This document shows positions 43,351-54,276 of a stretch of DNA of 64,000 bases, piece after piece (position 1 is the stretch's first letter; every line of letters begins with the position of its first letter). The notes beneath the pieces were generated by a model. The model did no database searches. It saw only the letters and a program-made list of their open reading frames with translations, and had not been told where the DNA came from. Origin of the DNA: an uncultured Planctomycetaceae bacterium (lineage in GTDB: Bacteria > Planctomycetota > Planctomycetia > Pirellulales > PALSA-1355); contig CAWAUV010000008.1 of assembly GCA_963785305.1 (NCBI GenBank), forward strand, positions 1,088,001 to 1,152,000, written 5' to 3'. The translations under genes and the position numbers were made by a program.

Positions 43351-44345
43351 ATGAAGATCCCGCCGCTTCCCCTCTATCAGAAGCCGTGGCTCTCGTGTCG
43401 CCGACCAAGTCGCGCTGCTCGAGTCGCGCGGGCTCGTCGTGGCCAACCGCGTCGTCGCCGAGCGATTGCTTTCGCACGTCAATTATTACCGCTTCAGCGG
43501 TTATTGCTTGGCCTTCGAGCAGCAGCGACACCAATTCGTCGCCGGCACGACGTTCGAGCAGGTTCGCGCCGCGTATGACTTCGACCTGATCTTGCGCAAC
43601 TTGGTCACGGAAGCTCTCGAAGTCGTGGAGATCGACATCCGGGCCGCTGTCGCCCATCATTTCGGCCAGCGGCACGGAGCCTTCGGGCATGCGGATGCGA
43701 ACAACTTCTTCCATCGCTTCAAACACGCCGACTGGCTAAGAACCTATCCGGCAACCCCCGGAAGCGCCCAATTTTGCGGGCAGTTTCAATGCAGGCGCCG
43801 GGTTGCCGGATAGGCTCTAAAGCGTCTCCGGGACGAGGCGACTCGATCCAGCGAGCTCTTCATCGCGCATTTTCGCGCGGCGTATTCCCAGTTTCCGGAC
43901 CTTCCGGTTTGGGTCGTTACTGAAGTCATGTCGTTTGGCGCTGTCGCGGATGTTTCAAGGGATGCATAAGCAGGATCAAAAGCCGATCGCCGCGCGATAC
44001 TCGGTCCAACCGCGCGAAATGCAAAGCTGGATGCATCATTTGGTATATGCGCGTAATCTCTGCGCCCACCATTCGCGGCTTTGGGATCGCGTCTATGCGA
44101 TCAAGCCGATGATGCCCCGCGCCAGCCATTGGCAACCGCCCCATGTGCCGACGAACGACCGGCTTTGGGCAACGCTTCTTGCCCTGCGTCATCTGCTGCG
44201 CCGCTGCCCCGCGATCGGCAATTTCGCCGATGACTGGCGCGATCGCGTTAATGCGCAGCTTGAAGCGCCGCCGCCGACGACGGGCGATCCGCTCGTGGCA
44301 ATGGGCATGCCCTTAAAGTGGATCGCGAACCCTGTTTGGACTTGA
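43351..44345 (+). pseudogene. Abi-like (AbiD/AbiF, HEPN-type) protein interrupted by a MITE
   Basis: QVALLESRGL, LSHVNYYRFSGY, YDFDLILR, LPVWVVTEVMSFG, RNLCAHHSRLW (RxxxxH). The insert at 43740-43817 carries an in-frame TAG; two further 1-nt shifts. Confidence 0.88.
43740..43817. mobile_element. 78-bp MITE with 18-bp terminal inverted repeats and TAA target-site duplication
   Basis: TAA-GAACCTATCCGGCAACCC...GGGTTGCCGGATAGGCTC-TAA; removing it restores DWL-KRL. Confidence 0.9.
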
Positions 44346-44402
44346 ACCAATCGAATAGTTCGGGCAGCCCTTGCCGGCGGAAGAAGGTTGCAAGAAGACG
44401 CG

Positions 44403-44616
44403 ATGGCCAAGACAAAACTTGAACTCGCCTGGATCGGCGAAGAGAACCAAGCTGGAGCCGCGCAACCTGCTGGAGGACGCGGGGAAGTCGTACCACGCAT
44501 CCAAGCGATTGACGGAGAACGACGTCTTCGATCATCGCCTGATCTTCGGCGACAATTTGTTGGCGCTGAAGGCGCTAGAAGCCGGATTTACGGGGAAGAT
44601 CAAGTGCATCTACATT
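44403..44616 (+). pseudogene. 5' remnant of a type III restriction-modification methyltransferase (Mod)
   Basis: MAKTKLELAWIG...KLEPRNLLED...LIFGDNLLALKALEAGFTGKIKCIYI, truncated just before the expected DPPY motif. Confidence 0.8.
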
Positions 44617-44904
44617 CTACATCTGAAAATGTGTCAATCGTTCAATGTCTAGCATTCGCTTCTTCGCGCACTTGGTCGCCGCGATCGCGCGTTCTTGCTC
44701 TTTTGGCGTTTTGGCGATGATCTGCACAATTATCATTTCGCAGGCGGGATACCCTGGCAGTGTGCCGGGCGGAACATGCAGTTGCCCGTCGATGGAGAGC
44801 CCCTCGCCTGTAAACGGGTTGACGGCCGAAACGTGGTCCGCATCCCGCAAAATCTTGACGCAGCCGTCCGACTCGATATCGTCAATCGTGAATAAGAATA
44901 ACAT
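44617..44904 (-). CDS. Hypothetical protein
   Basis: Lower-GC ORF with GGAG upstream; its stop abuts the Mod truncation point. Confidence 0.4.
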   Translation of the reverse strand: MLFLFTIDDIESDGCVKILRDADHVSAVNPFTGEGLSIDGQLHVPPGTLPGYPACEMIIVQIIAKTPKEQERAIAATKCAKKRMLDIERLTHFQM

Positions 44905-45329
44905 GACCGATACTCCATTGCGATGTTGTTCTTCCAAACCGCATTCGAGCCTATCGGACGCGCCGGTTGATTTCTAGTGGGTTGAAGTGATCCCCGATTT
45001 TCGGATCGGCGGGCTACATGGAACCGCGAGGCTTGATCGAGGAGAGCAGCGGCATCGTGGCGGGATTTTCGCGGGAGCCGAACGGCGTCTCGGAAGCGGC
45101 GGTTATTTGATGGAGCGGGCGAGGCCAAGCAAGCACGAGTTGCTACCTGGACATCGAATGACCGCGCGAACCATTGGAAATAGAGTAAACGGCGGCGACT
45201 GCCTACTCATCGCAACCAGCCTCCCGGCGGCCTGGTTTTCCGCTGAAAGTTGACTGGCGCGGTTTGGGCGCTGATACTGGGGTTCACGTCGCCCTTTGTA
45301 TCCGAGATCGATCCACGCCCGAGGTCCCG

Positions 45330-46780
45330 ATGACAGCCGAGCAGTTCCCGCGCCGACGCGTCGCGTCGCCACGTTTAGGTGGTGAATCATTACCAGGAAT
45401 CGCGCTGCTATGCATCGTGGCGGCTGGCCTTTCCCAGCGAATGTGCCCGGCATTCGCCGAGGATGTGGCGGCGCGCCGAAGCAGGCCGAACATCGTCGTC
45501 ATCCTGGCCGACGATCTCGGCTATGCCGATGTCGGCTTCCACGGTTGCCACGATATTCCGACGCCGCATATCGATCGGCTCGCGGCCAGCGGGGTGCGCT
45601 GCTCGAGCGGCTATGTGTCGTGTCCGTATTGCAGCCCGACTCGCGCGGGCCTGCTCACCGGACGATATCAAAATCGGTTCGGCCATGAATTCAACCCAGG
45701 CGGCAAGGGAACCGGACTGCCCACCAGCGAGGTCACGATCGCCAATCGTTTCAAATCGGCCGGCTACGTGACCGGCTTGGTCGGCAAATGGCATCTCGGA
45801 TCGCTCCCGGAACAAACACCCCAGCGGCGCGGCTTCGACGAATTCTTCGGCTTCTTGGGCGGAGCGCACGACTATTTCGACGACCGCGGCATTCTGCGGG
45901 GCGATAAACCGGCCGACGAGCCGGAATATCTGACCGACGCATTTGGCCGCGAGGCGGTCGCGTTTATCGATCGCCACGCGCGCGAACCCTTCCTGCTCTA
46001 TCTGGCGTTCAACGCCGTGCATACACCGCTCGAAGCGCCGAAAGAACGCGAGCAACGATTCGCCGGTCTGCCGGGAGGCAAGCGCCCACCTATGCCGCGA
46101 TGCTCAGCGCCGAGGACGACGCGATCGGGCGCGTGATCGAGAAGCTCGCGGCGGCGGGCCTTGAAGAACAAACCTTGATCTTCTTCTTGAGCGACAATGG
46201 CGGTCCGGTCATGCGGGGCACGACCATCAACGGCTCGAACAACACCCCGCTGCGCGGCTCGAAGCGCACCACGCTCGAAGGCGGGGTGCGCGTGCCGTGG
46301 GTCGCGTCGTGGAAGGGACATCTGCCGGCCGGCAAAGTGTACGACCAGCCGGTGATTCAACTCGATATTCTCCCCACCGCCCTGGCCGCGGCTGGCATCG
46401 AACCCCCAGGCTCGAGCGAGCCTCGGCTCGATGGGCTGGACCTGTTGCCGTATCTGCGCGGCGACAATGCATCGGCCCCGCATCCGACGTTGTTTTGGCG
46501 GTTCGGCGAGCAGATGGCCATTCGCCAGGGCGATTGGAAGCTGGTGCGATACGACGCGGCGGCCGACGGCGAGCCGACTCGCAAACAGGGCCGGAAAGGG
46601 GCGGCTGCCACCGACGCCAAACTCTACGACCTCGCGACCGACATCGGCGAGTCGCGCGATCTGGCGTCGAAACATCCGGAGAAAGTCGCCGAGCTGCAAT
46701 CGGCCTGGGATGCCTGGAACGCCCAGCTAATGCCGCCACTCTGGGGCGCCGGCGGCGGAAAACAAGCCGCGAGCGATTAG
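45330..46780 (+). CDS. Formylglycine-dependent sulfatase (frameshift near 46088)
   Basis: RPNIVVILADDLG, CSPTRAGLLTGRY, GKWHLG, SDNGG, GSKRTTLEGGVRVP, LYDLATDIGES. Confidence 0.95.
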
Positions 46781-46797
46781 CCGACGATCGACGAGCC

Positions 46798-46830
46798 GGT
46801 TGAAAACGTCCGTCGCGGCATTTTTCAACC
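46798..46830. repeat. Dispersed palindromic repeat (GTTGAAAA..TTTTCAAC family)
   Basis: GGTTGAAAA-CGTCCGTCGCGGCAT-TTTTCAACC. Confidence 0.55.
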
Positions 46831-46887
46831 TCGCCCAGCGCCGAGCCAAGGCACGGACAAAAATAACGTCCTGGGTTGTTCGCCCTC

Positions 46888-46920
46888 ACTCCCCCCTCTC
46901 CCAAAGGGAGAGGGGGGAGT
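46888..46920. repeat. REP-like perfect hairpin between convergent genes
   Basis: ACTCCCCCCTCTCCC-AAA-GGGAGAGGGGGGAGT. Confidence 0.75.
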
Positions 46921-46958
46921 GGTCGGAATGGTACTTAGCGTTATAGGAAAATGGTTCG

Positions 46959-49900
46959 CTACGCCAAGCGAATCAGCAAGTCGCCGGCGTCGACCTTCGT
47001 GCCGGCGGTTACGAGCAGCTCCTCCACCTTGCCGCCGCGTTCGGCGTAGAGGGTGCTTTCCATTTTCATCGCTTCGAGGCTCAGCAGTTTTTGGCCCGCG
47101 GTCACGGTGTCGCCCAGCGCCACGGCGATCGTCACGATCATGCCCGGCATCGGGGCGCCGACTTCCAGCGGGTTCGATTTGTCGGCCTTGGCGCGGCGCT
47201 TTTCGGTCGGTTCGAGGCTCCGGTCGATCACGTCGGCGTTGCGCGGCAAGCCGTTGAGCTCGAAATACACGGTGCGCGATCCATCGGCCCGGGGCTCGCC
47301 GATCGCGACGAACTTGATGATGAGCGTCTTGCCCGGCTCGATGTCGACCGACACTTCCTGGCCTTGCTCGAAGCCATAAAAGAACACATCGGTGGGTAAG
47401 ATGCTCAAGTCGGAATATTGGGCATCGTGGGCGGCGAAGTCGGTGAACACCCGGGGAAACATCACATAGCTCAGCACCTCGCGGCGGTCGGGCTCGCGGC
47501 CGATCGCTTTTTCGAGTTCCGCGGCGATCGCTTTGAAGTCGAGCGCGGGCATGCTGGCGCCGGGCCGGCCGCTTGAGCGGCTTTTCTCCGCGGAGGATGC
47601 GCTGTTTGACTTTGGCCGGAAAGCCGCCCGGCGGTTGACCCATCTTGCCGCCGATCAGGTCGATCACGCCGGCCGGGAACGCCAACTCGCGTCCCGATTC
47701 CAAGCACATCGCGCGGTCGAGAGATTGTTGCTGACCATGAACAGCGCCATGTCGCCCACGGCCTTCGCTCGATGGCGTGACCTTCACGATGTCGCCGAAC
47801 ATATGGTTGACTTCGGCATAGGCGCGGCGGATTTGCGGCCAGCGATCGGCCAGGCCCACGGCCTTGGCCTGTTCGTAGAGATTCGTGTACTGGCCGCCGG
47901 GGATTTCGTTGTAATAGACATCGGCCGTGCTCGACATCATGCCGGTTTCGAAGGCGCGTAGTATTGGCGAACCGCTTCCCAGTAGAGGCTCATCGCTTGG
48001 AGCGGTTCGTAGTCGAGGCCGGTGTCGCGCGACGTGTGGCGGAGCGCCTCGACGAGCGAATTCAGGTTCGGCTGCGAGGTCAGGCCCGACATCGAGGCGA
48101 TCGCCCCGTCGACGATATCGACCTTGGCCTCCGAGGCTTTGAGAATCGAAGCGGCCTGCACTCCGCTGGTGTCGTGGGTGTGGAAATGAATGGGGATGCC
48201 GATTTCTTGCTTGAGAGTCTTGACCAGGAGTTCGGCGGCATAGGGCTTGCAAAGGCCGGCCATGTCCTTGATGGCCAGGATATGGGCGCCCATCTTCTCG
48301 AGTTCCTTGGCCATCGACGACATAATAGTCCAGGTCATACTTCACGCGGCTCTTGTCGAGAATATCGCCGGTGTAGCAGATGGCGGCTTCGCAGAGCGCG
48401 TCGGTGGCCAACACGGCATCCATCGCGACGCGCATGTTGGGAACCCAGTTGAGCGAATCGAAAATGCGAAAGATATCCATTCCCGCGGCGGCCGATTCCG
48501 CGACAAAGGTCTTCACCAGATTGTCGGGATAATTGGCGTAGCCCAGGGCGTTGCTCGAGCGGAGCAGCATTTGGAAGAGAATATTCGGAATCTTTTCGCG
48601 GAGCCGGGTGAGCCGAGCCCAGGGGTCTTCCTTGAGGAACCGCATCGCGGTGTCGAAGGTGGCGCCGCCCCACATCTCGATCGAGAACATGCCGCGGATT
48701 GAGCCGGGCATAGGCGTCGGCGATTTCGAGCATGTCGTAGGTGCGCACCCGCGTGGCGAGCAGCGATTGATGCGCGTCGCGAAAAGTGGTGTCGGTCAGC
48801 AGGAGTGGCTTTTGCGCGAGCACCCATTTCGAGAACTTGGCGGGCCCGAGCTCGAGCAGCTTTTGCCGCGAGCCCGGCGGCGGCGGCGCCTTGGGATCGA
48901 ACTCGGGAACGGGCGCCGGCGCGCGGCGGATGTTGGCCGGCCGGTGTTTGATCGAGCCGTGGCCGTTGACGATCACATCGGCAATGTAGTTGAGCAGCTT
49001 CGTCGCGCGATCGCGCCGCGGTTGGAAGTGAAACAGTTCGGGCGTTTCATCGATGAACTTGGTGGTGAAACCGCCGGCGATGAACTTGGGATTCGTGATC
49101 AAGTTCACGAGAAACGGAATGTTCGTTTTCACGCCGCGAATGCGAAATTCCTGCAGCGCGCGCTCCATCGCGCTTGGCCGCGTCGACAAACCGCGGGCCC
49201 GAGGCGATTACCTTGACCAGCAGCGAATCATAGAAGGGCGTGACCGTGGCGCCGGAGAAGGCGGTGCCGGCGTCGAGCCGCACGCCGGCGCCGCCGGTCG
49301 AGCGATAGTGGACGATGCGGCCATAGTCGGGCAAGAAATCATTGCCGGCGTCTTCGGTCGTCACGCGACACTGAAGGGCGTAACCGGTGGTGTGAATCGC
49401 GGCCTGCGAGCCGAGCCCGATCTCGGGATCGCCGAGCGGCATGCCTTGGGTGACGAGAATCTGGCATTTCACGATATCGAAGCCGGTGACCATTTCGGTC
49501 ACGGTGTGCTCGACCTGAATGCGCGGATTGACTTCGATGAAATAGAACTCGCCGGTGTCGGAGTCGACGAGAAACTCGACGGTGCCGGCCGCGACATAGC
49601 GCACCTCGCGGCCGATCCGCAGCGCGGCCTCGCAAATCTTATCGCGGAGCGCGGGATCGAGGTTCGGGCTCGGGGCGATCTCGACCACTTTCTGATAGCG
49701 GCGCTGGATCGAACAGTCGCGCTCGAACAGATGCACGAGATTGCCGTGGCGATCGCCCATCAATTGAACTTCGATATGCCGCGGGCGGGGAATGAATTTC
49801 TCGAGAAACACGTCGCTCGAGCCGAAGGCGGCGAACGATTCTCGCTGGGCTTGCTCGAGCCGAGGCGTCAGTTCGTCGGGCCCATTGACGACTCGCATTC

Positions 49901-50408
49901 CTCGGCCGCCGCCGCCCTTGGCCGCTTTGAGCAGCACCGGATAGCCCAGCTGGGCCGCGAGCTTCTGGGCGGCCTTGCCGGTGGTGAGTGGTTCGCGACT
50001 TCCCGACAAAACCGGCACTTTTGCCCGGGCCGCGATCTCTCGGGCGGCGATCTTGTCGCCCAATTGCTCTAAAATCTCGGGCGGAGGCCCGCAAAACAGA
50101 ATGCCGGCGGCTTGACAAGCCCGGGCCAGTTCGGGATTTTCGGAAAGAAACCCATATCCGGGGTGGATCGCGTCGACGCCGTGCTGCTTGGCGACCGCGA
50201 TAATTCCCGGGATGTCGAGGTAGGATTTAATCGGTTCGCCCGGCTTGCCGATAAGGTATGCTTCGTCGGCCTTGAAGCGATGCAAGGCATAACGATCTTC
50301 GTGCGAATAGATGGCGACGGTGCGAATATCGAGTTCATGGGCAGTGCGAAACACGCGAATGGCGATTTCGCTTCGATTGGCGACCAAGAGCTTGGTGATT
50401 GGTGGCAT
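46959..50408 (-). CDS. pyc: Pyruvate carboxylase (about 7 apparent 1-nt frameshifts)
   Basis: KLLVANRSEIAIRV, GGGGRGMR, TDTTFRDAHQSLLATR, EMWGGATFD, IKDMAGL, HFHTHDTSG, IVKVTPSS, EAMKME; all domains present in order. Confidence 0.95.
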
Positions 50409-50566
50409 GGCGGTGGTTGCAGTCGCGCTAGTGAGGGGACGGTTCGCCCAGAGTCAAACGAACTTCGGCTCAAAATCTAACATCGCTCAAGTGGCGCCGC
50501 CTAGTGGGCGGGGCAAATAGAATACGTTGCCCGGGCCTCGCGTCCTAACTGGAACAGGGATCGACC

Positions 50567-52231
50567 ATGCACAATCATGCTCAAGCCGCCCTTGACCGCC
50601 GCCCTTTTCGCCGACCGGCGCTGAAGCACGCGCCGCTTTGGCTGGCGCTGCTCTTCGCCACGAGCGGGGGGGCGGTTCGCGCCGCGGAAGCCAATGCCGA
50701 AGCCGCTGCCCGAGCCACGGCGGTCGCCGCCGAAGCGATCTCGGTCGATCTCGCCGGGCGATACGTCAATGCCTTGGCCGACGACACCTTCGAGGGCCGG
50801 GCCGCCGGCTCGCGCGGCGGACGCGCGGCGGGACTGTTTATCGTCAAGGAACTCGAACGTCTCAAATTGCCCGGCGCCGGCGATAAGGGAAGTTATTACC
50901 AGCGATTCGACAATGGGCTCGCCAATGTGCTCGCGATTCTCGAAGGCAGCGACCCCGAGTTGAAGCAGCAAGTCATCGTGATCGGCGCCCATTACGATCA
51001 TGTCGGCTATGGCACCGCCCGCAATAGCTATGGACCCACCGGCTATATTCACAACGGCGCCGATGACAACGCGAGCGGCGTGGCGGGCCTGTTGGCGATC
51101 GCCACCGCGTTTTGCAAGCTTCCCACGCCGCCGAAGCGCAGCGTGGCGTTTGCGTTTTGGGATGGCGAGGAGGCCGGCCTCTTGGGCTCGAAATACTGGG
51201 TCGAGCATCCCACGATTTCGCTCAACCGCGTCGCGGCCGCGATCAATATCGACATGATCGGCCGCCTGCGCGGCGGCAAGGTCGAGGTTTATGGAGTTCG
51301 CACCTCACCGGGCTTTCGTCGCTTGGTGAGCGAGCAGAACGAGGGCGTCGACCTGCTGCTCGACTTCGTGCTCGAGCTCAAGGGCAATAGCGACCACTAT
51401 TCATTCTACTCGCACCAAGCGCCGATCATCTTCTTCCACACTGGCTTGCACGGCGATTACCACCGCCCGAGCGACGACGTGGAAAAAATCAATGTGCCGG
51501 GCCTCAAGCAAACCGCCACGCTGATCTTCAAGACCGCCTATGAATTGGCCGAAGAGCCGCGGCGGCCGGCGTTTCGCGCGGCGTCGACCCGGGAAGCGCA
51601 ATCGACGCTCGAAGCGATCGAAAACGCGGCCCCGCCCCGGGCGCCAGGTCGCTTGGGAGTGTCGTGGGATGAACGGGCCGAGGGTATCGTGGTGCGCGGC
51701 GTCGCCCCGCAATCGCCGGCCGCCAAAGCCGGGCTCCGCGCTGGCGATCGCATCGAAACAGCCGCCGGCCGCTCGCTCCGCTCGCCCGAGGAGTTTCGCT
51801 CGCTGGTGCTCGCGGCCGAGTCGCCGCTCTGGCTGGGCATTCGGCGAGCCGGTGTGGCCGAACCGCTGCGAGCGCGCGTCGATTTGCAGGGAGCTCCGAC
51901 GCGACTCGGGCTCGGCTGGCGCATCGACGACGCCGAGCCGGAAGCGATGATCGTGAACAAACTGGTTCCCGGCGCTCCCGCCGCGCTGGCCGGATTGCGG
52001 GCGGGCGATCGCATTTATCGAATCAATGGCCAGGGCGTGCATGGGGGCCAGGCGTTTTTGCGAGCCCTCGACGGATCGTCGGGGCCGTTGACGATCGAGG
52101 TCGAAACTCGCGGTCGCGTTCGCTCGATCGAGGTCACGCCGCTGGAACCGATTCCGTCGGCAAACGCGAGCGCGACCGAATCGCCGGCAAGCAGCCCAGC
52201 GACGACCGGCGCCGAGGCGCCAGAACAATAG
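50567..52231 (+). CDS. M28-family metallopeptidase with two PDZ domains
   Basis: GAHYDHVG, NGADDNASG, GEEAGLLGS, NIDMIGR, SDHYSF, DYHRPSD; SPAAKAGLRAGD and APAALAGLRAGD. Confidence 0.93.
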   Translation: MHNHAQAALDRRPFRRPALKHAPLWLALLFATSGGAVRAAEANAEAAARATAVAAEAISVDLAGRYVNALADDTFEGRAAGSRGGRAAGLFIVKELERLKLPGAGDKGSYYQRFDNGLANVLAILEGSDPELKQQVIVIGAHYDHVGYGTARNSYGPTGYIHNGADDNASGVAGLLAIATAFCKLPTPPKRSVAFAFWDGEEAGLLGSKYWVEHPTISLNRVAAAINIDMIGRLRGGKVEVYGVRTSPGFRRLVSEQNEGVDLLLDFVLELKGNSDHYSFYSHQAPIIFFHTGLHGDYHRPSDDVEKINVPGLKQTATLIFKTAYELAEEPRRPAFRAASTREAQSTLEAIENAAPPRAPGRLGVSWDERAEGIVVRGVAPQSPAAKAGLRAGDRIETAAGRSLRSPEEFRSLVLAAESPLWLGIRRAGVAEPLRARVDLQGAPTRLGLGWRIDDAEPEAMIVNKLVPGAPAALAGLRAGDRIYRINGQGVHGGQAFLRALDGSSGPLTIEVETRGRVRSIEVTPLEPIPSANASATESPASSPATTGAEAPEQ

Positions 52232-52378
52232 CGGCTTTTGCGGCGCGACGCGGAATTCAGCGCACCGTTACCAGCGATATTCGCATGAGCGGGAAAAAAG
52301 GCAGCGCACAATTCGGCTCATCGGCGAAATTCCGGGAAATGAGTTGATCGGCGCCTCGTCCGCGGATAGTTTTGTGGC

Positions 52379-53038
52379 ATGGATGCCATCATCGCGTTGT
52401 CGACCGCGCTCGGCGCCTCTTGGGCGAGCGGCGTAAATCTATATGCCGCGGTCGCGACTCTCGGCTGCCTGCACCGCTTTGGCGCCGTGCAATTGCCCGG
52501 ATCGCTCGACATTCTTGGCAGCGGGTATGTTATCGCGGTCGCGATCGTGCTCTATGTGATTGAATTCGTTGCCGACAAGGTTCCCTACGTCGACAGCGTT
52601 TGGGATGCCGTGCATACGTTTATTCGCGTTCCCGCCGGCGCTCTTGTCGCAATGGGGGCCGCATCCGGTCTTGGCCCCGAGACCCAGGCCATTGCCTTTA
52701 TGCTCGGCGGCGGCGTGGCCTTCACGGCGCACGGCGCCAAGGCAGCCACGCGATTGGCGATCAACGCGAGCCCGGAGCCGTTTTCAAATTCGGTTGCCAG
52801 CGTTGTCGAAGACGGATTTGTATTCTTGCTCGTGAGCTTGCTCGTGTTCCATCCGCTAATCGCCGCGATGATCGTCTTGGCGATCCTGGCGTTGACGGTC
52901 TATCTCCTACCCAGGATTTTCATGCTGTTCGGGTCCGTCTGGCGTCGATGGATATCGAGGATTCGTCCAGACGTGCCAGACGCGACCGAACTTGGTGCTG
53001 AGCTCGCGGCGCCGGCCCGATCTAGCGGCCAGAGATAA
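52379..53038 (+). CDS. DUF4126 membrane protein
   Basis: WASGVNLYA, EFVADKVPYVDSVWD, SPEPFSN..SVVED. Confidence 0.9.
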   Translation: MDAIIALSTALGASWASGVNLYAAVATLGCLHRFGAVQLPGSLDILGSGYVIAVAIVLYVIEFVADKVPYVDSVWDAVHTFIRVPAGALVAMGAASGLGPETQAIAFMLGGGVAFTAHGAKAATRLAINASPEPFSNSVASVVEDGFVFLLVSLLVFHPLIAAMIVLAILALTVYLLPRIFMLFGSVWRRWISRIRPDVPDATELGAELAAPARSSGQR

Positions 53039-53058
53039 TCGACAGACTCAATTTAGAG

Positions 53059-53958
53059 TCAGGGGTGGCGAACGCCGCGCCAGGCTTCGATCTGGGCCAG
53101 CACCTTGGCCATTGCTTGCAGCTTGTCGCGATCGGTGGCCTCGAAGTGCCGCGTATAGTTCGGGTTGCCGCCGATGGCCATTTTGCAATGAAAGCGATAG
53201 AGCTCGCCCTCGTTGCCCCAGGTCTCGAGCAGATAATACGCGGCGCCATAATCGCGTAGCTTTTTCTCGAACCAAGCAAACTGCTCGCTCTCGCCGGCCG
53301 CGCTTGCGGGCGGGCTCGCGGTTGCGCCGGCGGACGGGCCCGGGCCCGAGGCTCGCGCCGCGAACGGATCGGCCGCCGCGCCGCTTGTCGGCGGGGCGCC
53401 TAGCGGCGGCGTGGCTGTCAACGGCGTGCTCTCCACCGGCGTCGAAAAGCCGGCCTGCATCGCGCCCGACTTCGGCGCTTGAGGAAAGAATCCCCCGCCG
53501 CTCGTCGCCGCGCCCGGGGCCATCGTTGAATAGGCCGATACCGGGCCGTTGGGCACATCGGGCGCCGCCACGAGCCCCGTTGTCGCGGGCGCGGCCGCCG
53601 CGCCGCTCGACGGAATCATTGCGGGTGCTTGCCAGAATCCCGCCGAACCTCCGGGCAAGCTTCCCGGAGAGCTCGTTCCCGCAATATCGGCCGCATTGTT
53701 CGCCGGCGAGTTGGCATGGGCGGCATCGCTCGAATACACGATCGCCGGAGTGGGCGTGGAATTCGAGTCCGCGCGGCCGCCTGGCGTGGCGGCGGGCGAT
53801 TCAAAATGCAGCTGCGCCAAGATCGGATGGACGAGCCAGGTTTTGACCAGCTCGGGAAAGGTGCTGCCGAAAATGGCCGCGAGCGGAGCGACCACCAGAC
53901 AAGCCAGCATCACCAGCGCGCGAAAGGCCACTACGGTCGACGATTCTACCGCTTTCAC
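53059..53958 (-). CDS. Membrane-anchored hypothetical protein with Pro/Ala linker and conserved-looking C-terminal domain
   Basis: FRALVMLACLVVAPLAAIFG anchor; LRDYGAAYYLLETWG...YRFHC...RHFEAT; start uncertain. Confidence 0.75.
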   Translation of the reverse strand: MKAVESSTVVAFRALVMLACLVVAPLAAIFGSTFPELVKTWLVHPILAQLHFESPAATPGGRADSNSTPTPAIVYSSDAAHANSPANNAADIAGTSSPGSLPGGSAGFWQAPAMIPSSGAAAAPATTGLVAAPDVPNGPVSAYSTMAPGAATSGGGFFPQAPKSGAMQAGFSTPVESTPLTATPPLGAPPTSGAAADPFAARASGPGPSAGATASPPASAAGESEQFAWFEKKLRDYGAAYYLLETWGNEGELYRFHCKMAIGGNPNYTRHFEATDRDKLQAMAKVLAQIEAWRGVRHP

Positions 53959-54276
53959 GATGCTTCTTCCCTGAAAGGACCCACGCGACTGGCGGCGCCT
54001 CCCTGGAAACATCGCCGCGGCAATTTCCTTGCGGCGAGACTTCCGGCGCGAGGCCGCAATCATACTGCCTTCGGCCGAACCGCGGCAATGGCGAAAAACC
54101 ACGTGCCTCACTGAGCCCAATGAGAGCTTTGCCAGCAGTGCGCGGTCCGGTCGGGGCCGGCGTTCCGTGGCTATTCGGCGCGCCAAGCGAAGCCGGCGAC
54201 AACTTGGTGCTCGCGATCGCGAGCAAACCACCGTGGGATTCGCGGAGTGGGGGATTGGCGGTTTTTAGTCCGCCCC

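Noticed and set aside
46959..50408. pyc as a true pseudogene
   Set aside because: All domains and catalytic motifs are intact and there are only 1-nt shifts, matching the window-wide error pattern.
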